64,000 bases of DNA from an uncultured delta proteobacterium (GCA_963796055.1 CAWCKH010000004.1:320001-384000), one strand, 5' to 3'; positions 49,712 through 59,630 are shown, numbered from the stretch's first letter. A program made the numbers and translations. Notes: generated by a model from the sequence alone, not told the origin.

Positions 49712-50641
49712 ATGAGCCCCACCGGAACCACAACCTCGACCAGTCGTCTCGCGGTGGGGCTCGCCCTCTTCGCTCTCTACGTCATCTGGGGCTCGACCTA
49801 CCTCGCGATGCGGGTGGCGATGGAGGGCTTCGGCCCGTTCACCATGGCGGCGACCCGCTTCCTGGTCGCCGGGGCGGTGATGCTGGTCATCGCCCGTGCC
49901 CGCGGTGAGGCGCTCCCCACCCGGAGACAGTGGCGCAATGCGCTGGCCATCGGCACCCTGCTGCTCGCCTGCGGCAACGGCGGCGTGGCCCTCGCCGAGC
50001 AGACCGTCAGCTCCGGGCTGGCGGCGCTGATGGTCGCGGCGATGCCGCTGTGGATGGCGCTCTTCGGCGGCCTCTGGGGTCGCTGGCCGGCGAGCAAGGA
50101 CTGGATCGCCCTGGGGATCGGCTTCGGCGGCATCCTCATCCTCAACCTCGGCAGCGAGCTCCGCGGAAGCCCCGCCGGCGTGGCGGCGCTGATCTTCGCA
50201 ACCGCGGCCTGGGCCTTCGGGTCGCTGTGGAGCCGCCGGCTCGACCTGCCGAAGGGGATGATGGCCGCGGGCGCCGAGATGTTCACCGCCGGGTTCGTGC
50301 TCGTCGCGTTGAGCCTGCTCCACGGCGAGCATCTGCCTACCGCCGTCCCCGGGCGAGCCGTGGCCGCGATCGCCTACCTGGTGGTGTTCGGCTCGCTGGT
50401 CGCCTACACCGCATACCTCTTCCTGCTCGCGCGGGTGCCCGCTCCGGTGGCCTCCAGCTACGCCTACGTCAATCCGCTGGTCGCGCTGGCGCTGGGCGCG
50501 GCGTTCTACGGAGAGCACCTGCCGCAGGCCCTGCTGGTCGCGGTGCCGCTCATCCTCACCGCGGTGGCGCTGGTGCTCCGGCCGTCCCCGGTCCGCGTCG
50601 CGCTGCCGGTGCTCAGAACTCCACGCCCCAACCGAGGGTGA
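49712..50641 (+). CDS. EamA/DMT transporter (YedA-like)
   Basis: YVIWGSTYLA, YLVVFGSLVAY, YAYVNPLVA. Confidence 0.93.
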   Translation: MSPTGTTTSTSRLAVGLALFALYVIWGSTYLAMRVAMEGFGPFTMAATRFLVAGAVMLVIARARGEALPTRRQWRNALAIGTLLLACGNGGVALAEQTVSSGLAALMVAAMPLWMALFGGLWGRWPASKDWIALGIGFGGILILNLGSELRGSPAGVAALIFATAAWAFGSLWSRRLDLPKGMMAAGAEMFTAGFVLVALSLLHGEHLPTAVPGRAVAAIAYLVVFGSLVAYTAYLFLLARVPAPVASSYAYVNPLVALALGAAFYGEHLPQALLVAVPLILTAVALVLRPSPVRVALPVLRTPRPNRG

Positions 50642-51113
50642 GGCGGGCGGGAGTTCCGGCGTCCGGCCGCTGCACCGGCGAGGGCTCGCCGGTGGTCCCG
50701 ACGAAGCTGAAGACCCGCTGGTCGCGCGGCTGGAGCCAGCGGAGCACGCAGGCCACCGCGGCGACGAACGCCCCGTCCTGCTGCCCGGGACTGGCGAGCT
50801 CGCTGCCCCGGGCGCTCGCCCTCGGTCCCTCGGTGAGCGATAGCCGGGCCTCGATCCAGCGGGGGAAGCCGGACTCGGTGGTGTGGACCTCGAGCCGGTA
50901 GACCAGCCGCGTCTTCCCGGGGGCGGGCGCCTCGAGCGAGGTCCCCTGGGTCAGGGAGAGGCCCATTCCCATCGCCCCGCCCTGGCGCACCCGACCGAGC
51001 CCGACCGAGACGGCGGTCTCGGTGGGTTTCGCAGCCGGCGCCACCGGCTTCGATTCCAGCGGGGGAGTGAGGACCGGCGCAGCGGCCAGGAGGAGCGCAG
51101 TGACCAGACCCAT
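50613..51113 (-). CDS. Secreted hypothetical protein ending in an OMP-like C-terminus
   Basis: Signal peptide; terminal RLTLGWGVEF; start directly follows the upstream stop. Confidence 0.55.
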   Translation of the reverse strand: MGLVTALLLAAAPVLTPPLESKPVAPAAKPTETAVSVGLGRVRQGGAMGMGLSLTQGTSLEAPAPGKTRLVYRLEVHTTESGFPRWIEARLSLTEGPRASARGSELASPGQQDGAFVAAVACVLRWLQPRDQRVFSFVGTTGEPSPVQRPDAGTPARLTLGWGVEF

Positions 51114-51503
51114 CTACCGACGCCTCCGCCCGCGCCCGGCCAGCGCGGAGACGAGCAGACCGCCGATGGAGCCCCCACAACCCGCCTCGTCGATGGCAAT
51201 GCCACGCACGAGGTAGCGAACCCCGTTGTCTAGCCCGGTGATGGTGAAACGCGTACCCACCTCTCCACCCACGTTCCGCCAGGATGCCACGCCGCCGTCC
51301 AGCGGATCCACCGCCAGGTCGACGAAGAAGTGTGTCACGTCGTCGGCGTCGTCCTCCGGCGCCGGCGCGAGATCCACGCGGATCTTGCTGTCGAGTGGCG
51401 CCAGGGTGACAGACGGGGGCCCGGGGGGCACGCCGTGCCCAGGCTGGCGGTGGGCCCGTGCCGTTGCAGCCAGCAGCAAAACCCCCACCAACCAGCGACG
51501 CAT
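51114..51503 (-). CDS. Short FN3-like protein with degenerate MYXO-CTERM-like tail
   Basis: Signal peptide; FTITGLDNGVRYLVRGIAIDEAG; GCGGSIGGLLVSALAGRGRRRR. Confidence 0.6.
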   Translation of the reverse strand: MRRWLVGVLLLAATARAHRQPGHGVPPGPPSVTLAPLDSKIRVDLAPAPEDDADDVTHFFVDLAVDPLDGGVASWRNVGGEVGTRFTITGLDNGVRYLVRGIAIDEAGCGGSIGGLLVSALAGRGRRRR

Positions 51504-51530
51504 GCGGCCCCCTGGGTGAGGGCTGCAGTG

Positions 51531-53108
51531 CTAGCCCGCCCGCGCGTCGCCCCCATGGGCCCCGCGTGTGGTTTCGTGAAGCGGACCGGACCGGGGGAGC
51601 ACCAGCGTCGCCCGGGTGCCGGCGCCGGGCTCGGAGGTGAGATCCAGCCGACCACCGTGCGCCTCGGCGATGCTCCGGGCGAGCGACAGCCCGAGCCCGA
51701 AGCCGCCGGTGCTGCGGCTCCGGCTCGGATCCGCCCGGAAGAAGTGGGTGAAGACGTGGGGGAGGTCCTCCGGGGCGATGCCCGCCCCGTGGTCCTCCAC
51801 GCTGAAGGTGACCTCGTCCGCCGCCCCGTCCACGGCGAGCCGCACCCACCCGGCGGAAGGAGCCGAATACTTGGCGGCGTTGTCCAGGAGGTTGTTGAGG
51901 ACGCGGCCCACGAGTCCCGGGTCGGCGCGGAGCCGCCCGGCGGTGTCGCTCGCCGCCGCGTCGAGCCGGTGCTCGGGATGAATGGAGAGGAAGCGCTCCG
52001 CCGCGGTCGCGACCAGCGCCGAGGCGTGGACCCACGCCGGCCGCAAGGCCGGGGCACCGGGCACGGATTGCCCGAGCTCGAGCCGCGCGGCGGTGAGCAG
52101 CTCGTCCACCAGCCGCTCCAGCTCGCCGAGGTCGTCGGTGATGTCGGCCAGCGAGGCGCGGGCGGTGGCCACGTCTCCTTCCTCCGCCAGCTCCAGCGCC
52201 ACCTTGATGCGAGCCAGCGGTGTCCGCAGCTCGTGTGACACGGCGGCCAGGAGCGCCTTCTCCGAGCGCAGGAGGGCCACCACCCGGCCCGCCATGCCAT
52301 CGAACGCACGGCCCACCTCGCCCAGCTCGTCGTTTCGCGCGAGCGCGGCGCGCGCGTCCAGGTCGCCGGCCCCCAGCCGGGTCGCCGCGGAGGAGAGCGT
52401 TCCCAGCGGGCGGGAGATCGACCGGGCGAGCAGCGCCGAGCTGATGCCGAGGGTGGCGAGCACCAGCCCTGCCACCACCGCCAGCTGCCCGGGTGGGGGC
52501 ATCGGTGGACGAAAATCGAGCACGGCCCAGCCCTCCAGCGGCGGAGGCGGCAGTCGCATCGGCAGGCCTTCTGGCGGCGGGCCCAGCATCACTCCGAATG
52601 CCGGGGGACGCGGACCCCGCTCGGGCCCCTCGGGGAGACGCATCGGCACGTCCATCGGCCCGGGGACGCCGCCACGCCTGGGCGGTGGCCCCGAGATGTG
52701 GAGCATCGGGCCCGGCGGAGGGCGCACCAGCGGAAGGACGATCAGCGGAGGGTGGGCGAGGATGGTGGAGGGTGCCGGGCCCGGGGGCAACGGCAGCGCC
52801 GGCTCGACGTTGGTGGCCAGCACCTTCCGGTCGGCCCCGTAGAGCGTCATCCGGGCGCCGGCGGTGTCCCGAAGCTGCCTGAGCGCCCGGGTCAGGTCGG
52901 CCGGATCGTGCAGCAGGGGGAGGATCTGCTCCACCACGTACTGGGCCTGCCCCCGGAGCCACGACTCGGGGATGCGCGACTGCTGCAGGAGGACCGCCAC
53001 GCCCACCACCACCACCACCAGCTGGGCGAGACAGACCAGGTAGATCCGCACCACCAGCCGCCCGAGCAGCGGCGAGCGCCGGGCCGGGACCGGCGACTCG
53101 AGGTTCAC
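51531..53108 (-). CDS. HAMP sensor histidine kinase with proline-rich extracytoplasmic region
   Basis: Two TMs; NDELGEVGRAFD, AVSHELRTPLAR, NLLDNAAKY, GFGLGL. Confidence 0.92.
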   Translation of the reverse strand: MNLESPVPARRSPLLGRLVVRIYLVCLAQLVVVVVGVAVLLQQSRIPESWLRGQAQYVVEQILPLLHDPADLTRALRQLRDTAGARMTLYGADRKVLATNVEPALPLPPGPAPSTILAHPPLIVLPLVRPPPGPMLHISGPPPRRGGVPGPMDVPMRLPEGPERGPRPPAFGVMLGPPPEGLPMRLPPPPLEGWAVLDFRPPMPPPGQLAVVAGLVLATLGISSALLARSISRPLGTLSSAATRLGAGDLDARAALARNDELGEVGRAFDGMAGRVVALLRSEKALLAAVSHELRTPLARIKVALELAEEGDVATARASLADITDDLGELERLVDELLTAARLELGQSVPGAPALRPAWVHASALVATAAERFLSIHPEHRLDAAASDTAGRLRADPGLVGRVLNNLLDNAAKYSAPSAGWVRLAVDGAADEVTFSVEDHGAGIAPEDLPHVFTHFFRADPSRSRSTGGFGLGLSLARSIAEAHGGRLDLTSEPGAGTRATLVLPRSGPLHETTRGAHGGDARAG

Positions 53109-53812
53109 GCCGGCCGATCCGCGGCGAGCATGTAGCCCACGCCACGCACGGTGATCAGCCACCGTGGAGCCCGGGCGTCGTCCCCCAGCTTCGCCCGGAG
53201 GTGCGAGACGTGCACGTCGATGCTCCGATCGAACGCGTCCTCGGCACTGCCGCAGACCAGATCCAGGAGCTGCTCCCGGCTGAGCACCCGTCCGGCGCGC
53301 TCGGCGAGGGCCCGGAGCAGGTTGAACTCGTAGGTGGTGAGCCCGAGCTCCACGCTCCCCAAGGTCACCCGCATCGCCGCCGGATCGACGGTGAGCGGGC
53401 CCACGATGATCGGGCGGTTCGAGGGACCAGCGCGGCCGCGCGAGCGCCGGGCCTGGGCGCGGATGCGCGCCAGCAGCTCGCGGGAGCTGAAGGGCTTGGG
53501 GACGTAGTCGTCGGCCCCGGCCTCCAGGCCGAGGACCCGGTCCGCCTCCTCGCCGCGGGCGGTGACCATGATGATCGGCACGTCCGCCCGGAAGCGGAGC
53601 TGCCGGCAGAGCTCGACCCCGTCGAGCTGCGGGAGCATGAGGTCGAGCAGCACCACGTCGGGCCACACCCGCAGCGTCTGGGCCAGCCCCTCGCGACCGT
53701 CCGCGGCGAGCGTGACCACCACCCCGTGCGACTCCAGATAACGCTGGGTCAGGCGGGCCAGCCGCTCGTCGTCCTCGACGTACACCACCGAGATGTGCTC
53801 GGGCACGGTCAT
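53105..53812 (-). CDS. OmpR-family response regulator
   Basis: YVEDD, LDLMLP, GADDYVPKPF, DRSIDVHVSHLR, TVRGVGY. Confidence 0.95.
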   Translation of the reverse strand: MTVPEHISVVYVEDDERLARLTQRYLESHGVVVTLAADGREGLAQTLRVWPDVVLLDLMLPQLDGVELCRQLRFRADVPIIMVTARGEEADRVLGLEAGADDYVPKPFSSRELLARIRAQARRSRGRAGPSNRPIIVGPLTVDPAAMRVTLGSVELGLTTYEFNLLRALAERAGRVLSREQLLDLVCGSAEDAFDRSIDVHVSHLRAKLGDDARAPRWLITVRGVGYMLAADRPA

Positions 53813-53900
53813 CGGGCTCCCACCCTACCGCCTGGCGGCGCACCCCGGGACCCCGGAAACATGTCTTCACACGCCCCGAGGCGCTGGTACCGTCCGCGGG

Positions 53901-54839
53901 GTGGTGCCGGTCCTCCTCCTCGTGCTGCTGGACGCCGCCTCGCCCGACATGGTGTGCCTCGACCCGGGCGCGTGCACCCCGGTGACCCGGCTCGGCCGGC
54001 AGGGAAGCGTGGGCGTCGTCCGCCACACCGAGCGGCTGCCGGCGCGGATCGACCCCGGGGCGCCGTTCGCCGCCTGGATGACCTGGCCCAGGGCACCCGA
54101 GGCGGTGCGCCGGCGGGTGGAGCAAGGCCAGCCGGTGGAGCTACGCGCGGTCCTCCCGGCGGCGCGGCTGCGGCTGTCGATCGCCCCGGGGCTGGTCACC
54201 GAGGGGGAGCCGCCGGGTGTCCTCGCCTTTCTCTCGGCCGATCCGCTCGCGGGCGGAAACGAGCCGCCGGCGCTTCCCGAGCCGGTCGCCGCGGCCGAGT
54301 CGCTGGAGCTGCTCGGGCCGACACAGAAGAGCGAGGTCGGGCGGTGGCGCGCCGCTGCGGCCAGCTGGCAGTCACGGCTCGCGAGAGAGTGGGCCGCCTT
54401 CACCCGCGGGCCCAGGACCGCCTCGGTCCGGACGAAGCTCCTGGACACTCTGGGCGCGGCGCCGGCGCCGCTGCATCCCGAGCAGTTCCTCACCGAGGCG
54501 CAACGCACCGAGCTGCGCCGGCGGGGCCACGCGCTCGAGGGCCGCATCCTGGTCGAGGACCTCCCCGGGGACGCGTACCGGCTCCGCGTCGAGGGCGTGC
54601 CGCTCGACCAGCTGGTGGAGGACTGGAACGCGGGCCTGCACGGGCTCGTGGGCCGGCTGGAGCGGGTGCCCCGGCCCCGGTTCCAGGTGCGACCGGGCCA
54701 TCGGCACGACGAGGTGAGCTTCACGCTCGACGTCCGCTCGGACGTGGACGAGATGCGGGTGTCGCAGGTGGCACGGAGGCTCCGGGAGATCCCGGGCCTG
54801 GAGCTGGACGGGACGGACCTTCCGCCGCCGGGCCTGTAA
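53901..54839 (+). CDS. Hypothetical protein (possibly exported); start uncertain
   Basis: Open frame with GC3 bias directly upstream of the M1 peptidase; hydrophobic N-terminus. Confidence 0.55.
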   Translation: MVPVLLLVLLDAASPDMVCLDPGACTPVTRLGRQGSVGVVRHTERLPARIDPGAPFAAWMTWPRAPEAVRRRVEQGQPVELRAVLPAARLRLSIAPGLVTEGEPPGVLAFLSADPLAGGNEPPALPEPVAAAESLELLGPTQKSEVGRWRAAAASWQSRLAREWAAFTRGPRTASVRTKLLDTLGAAPAPLHPEQFLTEAQRTELRRRGHALEGRILVEDLPGDAYRLRVEGVPLDQLVEDWNAGLHGLVGRLERVPRPRFQVRPGHRHDEVSFTLDVRSDVDEMRVSQVARRLREIPGLELDGTDLPPPGL

Positions 54840-54853
54840 ACTTGGCGGCACGC

Positions 54854-56914
54854 ATGCTCTGCCCCCTCGTGGTCTCGCTGCTGGTCGGCGCGACCCCCGC
54901 ACCGGCGCGCTTCGACCAGGCCGGGCGGAGCATCGGCCCCCCGCTGAGCGATCGCACGGCGAGCTACGTGCTCGAGGCGCGCTACGACCCGGCGACCCGG
55001 CGCGTCGTCGGGACGGCCCGGCTCACCTGGACCAACCGCTCCGACCTCCCCCAGCCCACGCTCTGGTTCCACGCGTACTGGAACGCCTTCAAGAACGCCG
55101 ACAGCACCTTCTCCAGGGAGGCGACCCGGTCCGGCGGCTCGCGCTCGGGCACCGGCGACTACCGTCGTGACGACTGGGGCTGGACCGAGCTCCGCTCGGC
55201 GCGACTCCCGGACGGCACCGACGTGCGCCCCACCCTGCGCTGGGAGCAGCCCGACGACGGCAACGCCGCCGACCAGACGGTCTTCACCCTCACCCTGCCC
55301 GCGCCGGTGCCGCCGCACGGGACGCTCGTCCTGGACCTGGCGTGGGAGGCGCGGGTGCCCAAGCTGGCCGCGCGCACCGGCGTCGCCGGCAAGTACGCCC
55401 TCTTCGGCCAGTGGTTTCCGAAGCTGGGGGTGCTCGAGGTCCCCCCACAGCGCGGAGTGCGCACGCCCCGCTGGAACTGCCACCAGTTCCACGCCAGCAG
55501 CGAGTTCTACGCCGACTTCGGCAGCTACGACGCCGCGCTCACCGTTCCACGCGCCCTGGTGGTCGGCGCCACGGGGGTGCGCACCGGCCGCACCGAGAAC
55601 CCGGACGGCACCGTCACCCACCACTTCCACCAGGACGACGTCATCGACTTCGCCTGGACCGCGTGGGAGGGCGCGGTGGAGGTGAGCGACGTCTTCCGGA
55701 GCGATGGACTGCCCGAGGTGGCGCTCACCGCGCTCGTCCCGAAGGACGCGCAGCGGAGCGCGCCGCAGATCCTCGCCGCCGCCAGGGCGACACTCGAGCA
55801 CGGCGGACGGAAGTGGCTGCCGTACCCCTACCCTCATCTCACGCTGGTCGCGCCCCCCGTCGGCTCCAACATCGAGTCGGGCGGGATGGAATACCCCACC
55901 TTCGTCACCGTGTACTCTCGGACCGACCCCGCTCCGCCGCGCGATGCCCTGCTCTGGGAGGTGGCGGTCCACGAGGTCGGGCACGGATGGTGGCAGGGGA
56001 TGCTCGCCTCGAACGAGTTCGAGGAGGCCTGGCTCGACGAGGGGGTCGACACCTGGGCCACCATGGAGGTGCTCGATGGCGTGGGGCTGGAGTGGGACCT
56101 CGCCCAGCTCGCGCCGCCCGGCGCCCGGTGGCTGCTCGCGCCCTTGCTGCGCTCGTCCATTCCCGACCGCGAGATCCGCGGGCGGAGCGCCGGCCCGCGC
56201 TACCAGTCCTCCATCGTGCGCCCGGGCTGGCGCTTCAAGGGTGCCAACGACGTGGGCCGAAGCACCTACGGCCGCGCCGCGGCAGCGCTGCAGATGCTCG
56301 AGCGCGAGGTGGGCCGGGAAGTCTTCGCCCGCATCATGCGCGCCTATGCCGAGCGCTGGGCCTTCCGGCATCCGGGCACCGACGATTTTCTGGAGACCGC
56401 CTCGGAGGTGGGCGGAAGTGACCTCCGGCCGCTCGGGAATGCGCTCCTTCGTGGCACGGCCGGGCTCGAGGACGCGGTGGCCGAGCTGCGCTGCACCGAC
56501 GTGCCCGCGGGCGGAGGACCCGGCCTGTTCGACGTGGACGGCGGGACGCCGACGTTCCGGCCCGCGGCCCGACCTGGCGGGGCGGGCACCGAGGCGCGGT
56601 GCGAGGTGCTGGTGGAGCGGCACGGCGACCTCGCGCTCCCCCTCCAGACGAGGCTCATCTTCCAGGACGGGACGGAGATCCGCCGGGACGTGGCGGACGG
56701 CGAGCGCTGGTGCCGGATCACCACCCAGCGGGCCCTGCCCGGGGGGCGGGTGACCCTGGCGGAGGTCCACCCGGGCGCGCCGCCACCGCTCGACCAGATT
56801 CCGGTGAACGACGCGCGCTCGCTCGCCGCCACGCCCGGCCCGGCGCTCGGCGTGGCCGGATGGCTCCTCTACACCGCGCAGCTGCTCGCCGCGGCAGTGG
56901 GGTCGCTCCTGTGA
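54854..56914 (+). CDS. M1 family metallo-aminopeptidase, secreted, with C-terminal membrane anchor
   Basis: GQWFPKL, EFYADFG, GGMEYP, HEVGH..WLDEG zinc motif, hydrophobic C-terminal tail. Confidence 0.92.
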   Translation: MLCPLVVSLLVGATPAPARFDQAGRSIGPPLSDRTASYVLEARYDPATRRVVGTARLTWTNRSDLPQPTLWFHAYWNAFKNADSTFSREATRSGGSRSGTGDYRRDDWGWTELRSARLPDGTDVRPTLRWEQPDDGNAADQTVFTLTLPAPVPPHGTLVLDLAWEARVPKLAARTGVAGKYALFGQWFPKLGVLEVPPQRGVRTPRWNCHQFHASSEFYADFGSYDAALTVPRALVVGATGVRTGRTENPDGTVTHHFHQDDVIDFAWTAWEGAVEVSDVFRSDGLPEVALTALVPKDAQRSAPQILAAARATLEHGGRKWLPYPYPHLTLVAPPVGSNIESGGMEYPTFVTVYSRTDPAPPRDALLWEVAVHEVGHGWWQGMLASNEFEEAWLDEGVDTWATMEVLDGVGLEWDLAQLAPPGARWLLAPLLRSSIPDREIRGRSAGPRYQSSIVRPGWRFKGANDVGRSTYGRAAAALQMLEREVGREVFARIMRAYAERWAFRHPGTDDFLETASEVGGSDLRPLGNALLRGTAGLEDAVAELRCTDVPAGGGPGLFDVDGGTPTFRPAARPGGAGTEARCEVLVERHGDLALPLQTRLIFQDGTEIRRDVADGERWCRITTQRALPGGRVTLAEVHPGAPPPLDQIPVNDARSLAATPGPALGVAGWLLYTAQLLAAAVGSLL

Positions 56915-57840
56915 ATCGCCTGCTCGACGCGGTCCGCGCGGGCGCCCGCGAGTGGCGGACGGTGGCGGTGCTCCTCTGCGCCAACTGGCTGGTCGCTGTC
57001 CTGATGATCGCCCCGGCAATTCCGGGGGTGGTGGATGCGTTCGGGCACGCGCCCCGGGCCGCGGGGAAGCCGCTGCTCTCCGTCGAGCTGCTGCTCGAGC
57101 TCGGGCCGCTGCTCCAGCGTGGAGGGATGCCGTCGGTGGCCGCACCGCTGCTGCTCCTGGTCGTGCTGCAGACCTTCCTCGTCGGCGGCGTGGTGTGGCG
57201 GGCATGCGCGGGTGGACCGTTCCGCCTGGGACCCTTCTTCGGCCAGTCGGGGCGGCTGGTGGGCCGCAACGCTCGGCTCTACCTGTGGCTCCTCCTGCTG
57301 CTGGTCCCCGCGGCGCTGATTCCCGCCGCGCTCGCCGTGGGAATGCATGCGATCGGGCTGCCGACCCTCTTCACCATTCCGGGCGAGACCTGGCTCTTCG
57401 GTCGCCCCTTCACCGCGGCGAGCGTGGCCCACCTCGGCGTGGTGACGCTCGCGCTGGCGCTGTGGAGGCTGTCGCTCGAGGTGGGACGGGTGCTGCTCTT
57501 CCGCGATGATCTTCGCTCGACGCGCCGGGCGGCCTGGCGCGCAGTGCGGATGGTGCTCCGGGCGCCGAGGTCGATCGTGCTCTACGCGGTGCTCGGAGCG
57601 CTGGCGACGGCGGCGGTGCTCCTCGCCGCGCGCGGGCGGGCGGCGCTCCCCGAGGGGAACGGCGGGCTCGCAGTGCTCGCGCTGGGCATGGGACAGCTGG
57701 TGCTCTGGCTCCGTCTTGCCTTCCAGGTGGCGGGGACGCGCTTCGCGGCGGCGCTGGTCGAGCAGGCCGACGCGGCGCCGGTGGCGCTCCCCGCGGTGTC
57801 TCCCCCGGAAAGCCCATTGCTCGACGCTCCGCCGGGCTGA
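56911..57840 (+). CDS. Polytopic membrane protein
   Basis: GTGA overlap with the M1 stop; about 6 hydrophobic segments. Confidence 0.75.
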   Translation: MNRLLDAVRAGAREWRTVAVLLCANWLVAVLMIAPAIPGVVDAFGHAPRAAGKPLLSVELLLELGPLLQRGGMPSVAAPLLLLVVLQTFLVGGVVWRACAGGPFRLGPFFGQSGRLVGRNARLYLWLLLLLVPAALIPAALAVGMHAIGLPTLFTIPGETWLFGRPFTAASVAHLGVVTLALALWRLSLEVGRVLLFRDDLRSTRRAAWRAVRMVLRAPRSIVLYAVLGALATAAVLLAARGRAALPEGNGGLAVLALGMGQLVLWLRLAFQVAGTRFAAALVEQADAAPVALPAVSPPESPLLDAPPG

Positions 57841-58018
57841 CAGGCCAGTCCACACCTCTCGACGTCGCCGGGGCGTGGTTACCGTTCCTTGTGCCGAATG
57901 CGCCCTCAGCAGCAATCGACTGTCAACACCCAGACCATTTGCCTCGCCGCACCGGAACAACGTCCCTTCCGGGTGTCATCCCGCTGTCCTCCAGTCCGCC
58001 GCCGGGAGGGGCGAGTCG

Positions 58019-58345
58019 ATGCGGCTGAACGTCGGCAAACGGTTCGGCGTCCACGTGCGAGCGCTTCGACACGCTCGCCAGCTCACCCAGGAAGGGCTCG
58101 CCGAGCGGAGCGCGCTCTCGGTGGATGCGGTGCGCCGGATCGAGCGCGGCGCCTTCTCTCCCTCGCTGGAGACGGTGAACAAGCTCGCCACCGGGCTGGA
58201 CGTCTCCCTGCGCACCCTGTTCAACGACTTCGATCGCGACCGGCGCGACCAGGTCGCCGAGCTCTGCGACTACCTGGGAACGCGGAACAAGACCGAGCTG
58301 CGGATGGTGTGGCGGGTCATCCGCGCGATGTTCGAGGAGGTCTGA
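58019..58345 (+). CDS. XRE/Cro family HTH regulator
   Basis: LTQEGLAERSALSVDAVRRIERGAFSPSLETV; GGAGG RBS. Confidence 0.92.
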   Translation: MRLNVGKRFGVHVRALRHARQLTQEGLAERSALSVDAVRRIERGAFSPSLETVNKLATGLDVSLRTLFNDFDRDRRDQVAELCDYLGTRNKTELRMVWRVIRAMFEEV

Positions 58346-59627
58346 CCTCGGCGGGCGCGCGGACGGTGAAGCCCACCCGGGCGCCTCCCTCGGTCCGGTT
58401 CTCGGCGAACGCGCTGCCGCCGTGTGCCTCGGCGATGCGCCGGACCAGCGCCAGGCCGAGGCCCAGCCCGTCGCTGGTCTCGCCGCGCTGGAACGGGGCG
58501 AAGGCGCGCTCGCCGGCGTCGGGAAGGCCCGGTCCGGCGTCCTCCACCGAGAAGCGCACCACCCCATCGGGCGCATCCACCCGGAGCCGCGTCACTCCTC
58601 CGCCGTGGACCCGCGCGTTCTCCAGGAGGTTCGACAGGGCCCGCTGGAGCAAGGTCGGATCGCCCTCGAGCGACAGCGGCGCGGACTCCACCTCCAGGAG
58701 CGCCGCCGGCAGCGCCGCCCGCTCCAGGGCACGCGTCCCGAGGTCACCGGCGTCCAGCGGCAGGCGAGCCATGGCGGTGAAGTCGAGGCGGGCGGAGGCG
58801 AGCAGCTCGCCCACCAGCGCGTCCATCTCCAGCACCTCGTGCTCGAGCTGATCGAGCACCGAGCCGTCGCCACCGCGCCCCAGCTCGAGCAGGAGGCGGA
58901 CGCGGGCCAGTGGGGTGCGCAGCTCGTGGCTCACCGCCGCCAGGAGCTCGCGCTGGTCCTTCAGCTGCCGCTCGATCCGCTCCGCCATCCCGTTCATCAC
59001 CTCGGCCAGCGAGCGGACCTCGCCGCGGGCGAACCGCACGTCGAACCGGCTCTGGAGCCGCCCCTCGCCGAGGTCGCGGGCCACGCGGGTGAGCTCCTCC
59101 AGCGGCCAGGCCAGCTTCCAGGCGATGCGGCCGGACATCGCCCAGAGCATCGCCAGCGCCACGCTGAGCGCGAGGAGCGCCGTCCAGCCGGCCCATCCGT
59201 TGCGCGGCCACGGCTGCACCCGCACCACGCCCACCGTCTCCCCGCCCTGGACGACCGGGGTGCTCGCGGTCCAGCGCCGCGCGGGTGGACCGAAGCGGCC
59301 CAGCTGCTGCCCGTGGGGGTCCTCGAGCTGCACCGCCCAGCCGAGCTGCTGCGAGAGCTCCGAGGCCCAGGCGTCTCGCTCGCGGGGATCGGACCACACC
59401 CGCGCCGCCTGGGCGCCGATGAGCGCCTGCACGTTCCCCCACTGCGCCCGCGCCGAGGGGCCGCGCAGCCGCTCCACGGCGGCGGTCACCGCGGAGACGA
59501 CCAGGGCGGTCATCAGGATGGAGATGCCGAACCAGAGAAACAGCCGGCGCTGCAGCTTGGCCCGGCCTCTCCAGTCAAAGCGCCTTGGCCAGCCCCGGCG
59601 GTGTCCCGGATGGCAGGGCGGAACCAT
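58317..59627 (-). CDS. HAMP sensor histidine kinase (CpxA-like)
   Basis: Two TMs; AVSHELRTPLAR, NLLENARVH, DAGPG, GLGLGL. Confidence 0.92.
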   Translation of the reverse strand: MVPPCHPGHRRGWPRRFDWRGRAKLQRRLFLWFGISILMTALVVSAVTAAVERLRGPSARAQWGNVQALIGAQAARVWSDPRERDAWASELSQQLGWAVQLEDPHGQQLGRFGPPARRWTASTPVVQGGETVGVVRVQPWPRNGWAGWTALLALSVALAMLWAMSGRIAWKLAWPLEELTRVARDLGEGRLQSRFDVRFARGEVRSLAEVMNGMAERIERQLKDQRELLAAVSHELRTPLARVRLLLELGRGGDGSVLDQLEHEVLEMDALVGELLASARLDFTAMARLPLDAGDLGTRALERAALPAALLEVESAPLSLEGDPTLLQRALSNLLENARVHGGGVTRLRVDAPDGVVRFSVEDAGPGLPDAGERAFAPFQRGETSDGLGLGLALVRRIAEAHGGSAFAENRTEGGARVGFTVRAPAEVRPPRTSRG

Positions 59628-59630
59628 GGC

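Noticed and set aside
53201..54853. 1237-aa ORF as a giant M1 peptidase
   Set aside because: The 5' part is antisense to the response regulator and out of frame with 53901-54839; the signal peptide starts near 54854
53867..57205. 1112-aa minus-strand ORF
   Set aside because: Antisense shadow of the M1 operon, as expected in high-GC DNA; no domain motifs
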